Part shown: positions 61,541 to 64,000 of the stretch, piece by piece
Position numbering within the stretch: the stretch's first letter is position 1
Layout of the letters: every line of letters starts with the position of its first letter
Assembly (NCBI RefSeq): GCF_009914755.1
Contig: NC_060928.1
From: the human T2T-CHM13v2.0 reference genome, Homo sapiens
DNA: 64,000 bases
Reading direction: 5' to 3' (one strand)
The notes under the pieces: model-generated
What the model saw: the letters and a program-made list of their open reading frames with translations, nothing else
Databases searched by the model: none
What the model was told of the DNA's origin: nothing
Translations under genes and position numbers: made by a program

Positions 61541-61959
61541 TGATTGCATGACCTTTTATCTTTATGGATTATCAGAGAGAAAAAGAGAGAGAAAAAATTA
61601 ATCCCACTAAAGAAAAATTGAAATGATTCTAGAAGTCTAATGTAAAAAAAAAAGTAATTTCTGACAAAAGTTTTAAGATGCTGCAAAAATAAGAAGGTAA
61701 GTGGTAAATATATGAGCAAAAGACGCAAATATTTACTTAAGAAATAACAATATGAGTGATTAAAAATTTGTAGAATGCTAACTTCTAGAGAAATTAATAA
61801 AAATACAGCAGATATATTAGTTTAAAAGGTGTTCCATATTTAGATGAAAATATAATAACATATTTATGTTATGTATTTAAATCCAAATAACATATTTATG
61901 TTATGAATTTAAATCCAAATTCACAAAGATTCTTAAACATATGTTTAAAATAGGGTACA

Positions 61960-62910
61960 ATCATATCATATATCCACCAGAAGAACTATAATTAGAAGAC
62001 TGACTTGGTGATATCTTGGAGCAAGAAGACCTCTCAGGCATTGGTAGTGGTAATGTAAAATGGTAAAATCTCATTGGAAAAAGCTCTAGATGCTTCTTAT
62101 GAAAAATACACTTACCCTATCATACACAATTGCACTTGAAGGTATTTCCTTACCAGAAACAAAAATACTTGCTCACACAAAACTTCTATAAGAGTGTTCA
62201 TGACATCTTTATTCATAATCCACAAAACTGGGAACTACCTAAGTGTCTATCAACAGGAATTGATCAACAAATTGTGGTATAGTCTTACAATGAGATACTA
62301 CTCATTTCAATGAATTAAAAAGGAAGAAACTACTAGTATAACAATAATATAGGTAAATCTGAAAGATATTATGGTGAGTGAAAGACACCTTAACCAAATG
62401 AATACCTTATGTATAATTACGTGTATTAATATATTAAATTTTAGAACAGGTAAACCTAATTTTCAGTGGGAAAAATAATGATAATGGTTGTCTCTGGAAT
62501 GAAATGGGTTAAAAGTTAAAGACTGATGTGAACATTTGTTCATATTTTATACAATGATGAAGATCTGGATTAAAGTATATGCACCTGACAAAAATAAAAT
62601 AATGTAAAAGAAAGATTTGTGTATTTCATGTAATGTAAAGTTTGTTTAAATACCTATAAATAAATATTGAACTATATTTTTAAATATATATGCTGAACTT
62701 AAGGTGGAATTGAACTGCTATCAGCAATTTTCTTTGAAATACAACACAAACTGTATTCATTGATAGAAGTTTGGGTAGATGAATAGATACGTGAAGAAAC
62801 AAGTATAGTAAAATGCAAAGGTTTATTCTAGGTGCTAAATATGACAGTGACCAGAGTAAAACCTTTTAAACTTTGCTATAGGTTTAGTTTTTAAAACAAA
62901 GTATTAAAGA
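61960..62910 (+). mobile_element. Ancient L1 (L1MC/ME) ORF2 end and 3'UTR
   Basis: AATGTAAAATGGTA..TTGGAAAA; TTTATTCATAAT..AAAACTGGGAACTACCTAAGTGTCTATCAACAGG; GTGAAAGA..AATACCTTATGTATAATT. Confidence 0.7.
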
Positions 62911-64000
62911 AAAATAGAGTGAAAATATGACGAACTGACAATCATTTAAAACAATTGAGTTTTAAAGCTTAGCACCAAATGAGTAAAAGAGTAATAAAAT
63001 TGGACAACAGCAGCAACCACTTTAGTGGTTAATGCTCTTCTTCCCTTATTAACTTAAAATATTTATTTTCTTTCAGAAAGAAGATTCAAACTGAAACTAC
63101 ATTAGGCAATTCTTTGTATACAGTTTTGCCCTTGGTAAATATGTGGCCAACAGAAAAACTAATTTTGTTTTTCTGTTTCAGAAGAAGGGATGTTTTATTA
63201 TAAGCATCTTTTCAAAGACACCTACTGACCAAGAATAATATTGATAGTGAGAAGGAAAAGAAAAAGGTAACAGCCTGGAATAATCAATAAATACACATGA
63301 AGCCCATAGAGAAACACATGATAGAAACACCCATTTATGCCTATTATTTAGTTATAAAGAAGTTACATACTTTACTTTCTCTTATGTAATTTGGAGCCCA
63401 CTTTGCTCAATATCTGAATTGTATGAAGTGATAATATTGATTCCCAGTAATTCTAAAAAATAGGAAAGCACATTCTCCAAGCAAACTTCTAACCATGAAA
63501 TAGCCAGAAAAGGCTCCATCTCTTCCCTCATTGCTACATATAATAAGGCCTTTGCCACATATAGGCAATAAAAATTACAAAATTGATAATTTATTAACTC
63601 ATTTTTCTAAACATGTATCCAAAGTCCATTTTTGTGACAGTAAATAATCTCTACCGCTGCTATTAATATGTTCATTACAATACAAATAAATGGACATTTA
63701 TTAAGTAATTAATATGTGATCGATACAGCAACACATTTTCTATTCCTTTCCTCCATAGAGTGAAAGACAAATGTAGAAATAAAAATAATTAGAAAATAAT
63801 CAATTTTAAAAAATGGAGCTGGCCACACATGCAGAGACATTGCAAACTAAAAATTATGAATTCTAGTGTGAAGAAATAGTGACATCATCATAGAAAAAAT
63901 GGGAACTTAGCTAAGCTTTACTAATAGCATTTGGCAGAAAAATATATAAAAGAGAATGTAGTACAAAATTTAAAATAGTCTTCCAAAAAGAAGAAAGGAA

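Noticed and set aside
63077-63266. Two exon-like segments (63077-63134 and 63182-63266) with pyrimidine tracts and GTAA donors
   Set aside because: The intervening 47 nt is too short for a normal intron, and there is no coding signal; needs RNA data.

Overview
This is AT-rich primate (human-like) genomic DNA, either intergenic or deep intronic. I see no host protein-coding exon, RNA gene or CpG island. Every recognisable ORF is a transposon remnant (L1 ORF2, Tigger1 transposase, MaLR internal region) or an Alu/microsatellite artefact. Much of the window is nested interspersed repeats: Alus, a young 5'-truncated L1PA inside Tigger1, older L1M elements, MaLR/ERV1/ERVK/ERVL LTRs and DNA transposons. 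Subfamily names come from recalled consensus features and need RepeatMasker/Dfam confirmation. The most unusual structures are: (1) a provirus-like element with two different LTRs (MLT2A 5' LTR, THE1 internal region, THE1 3' LTR) bounded by a single 5-bp TSD; (2) two short locally templated insertions copied from 1-1.4 kb away; (3) a 64-bp near-perfect AT-rich palindrome; (4) a trimeric Alu within one TSD; (5) an L1 ORF2 fragment with an intact endonuclease domain. I found no evidence for a novel gene-encoded system.
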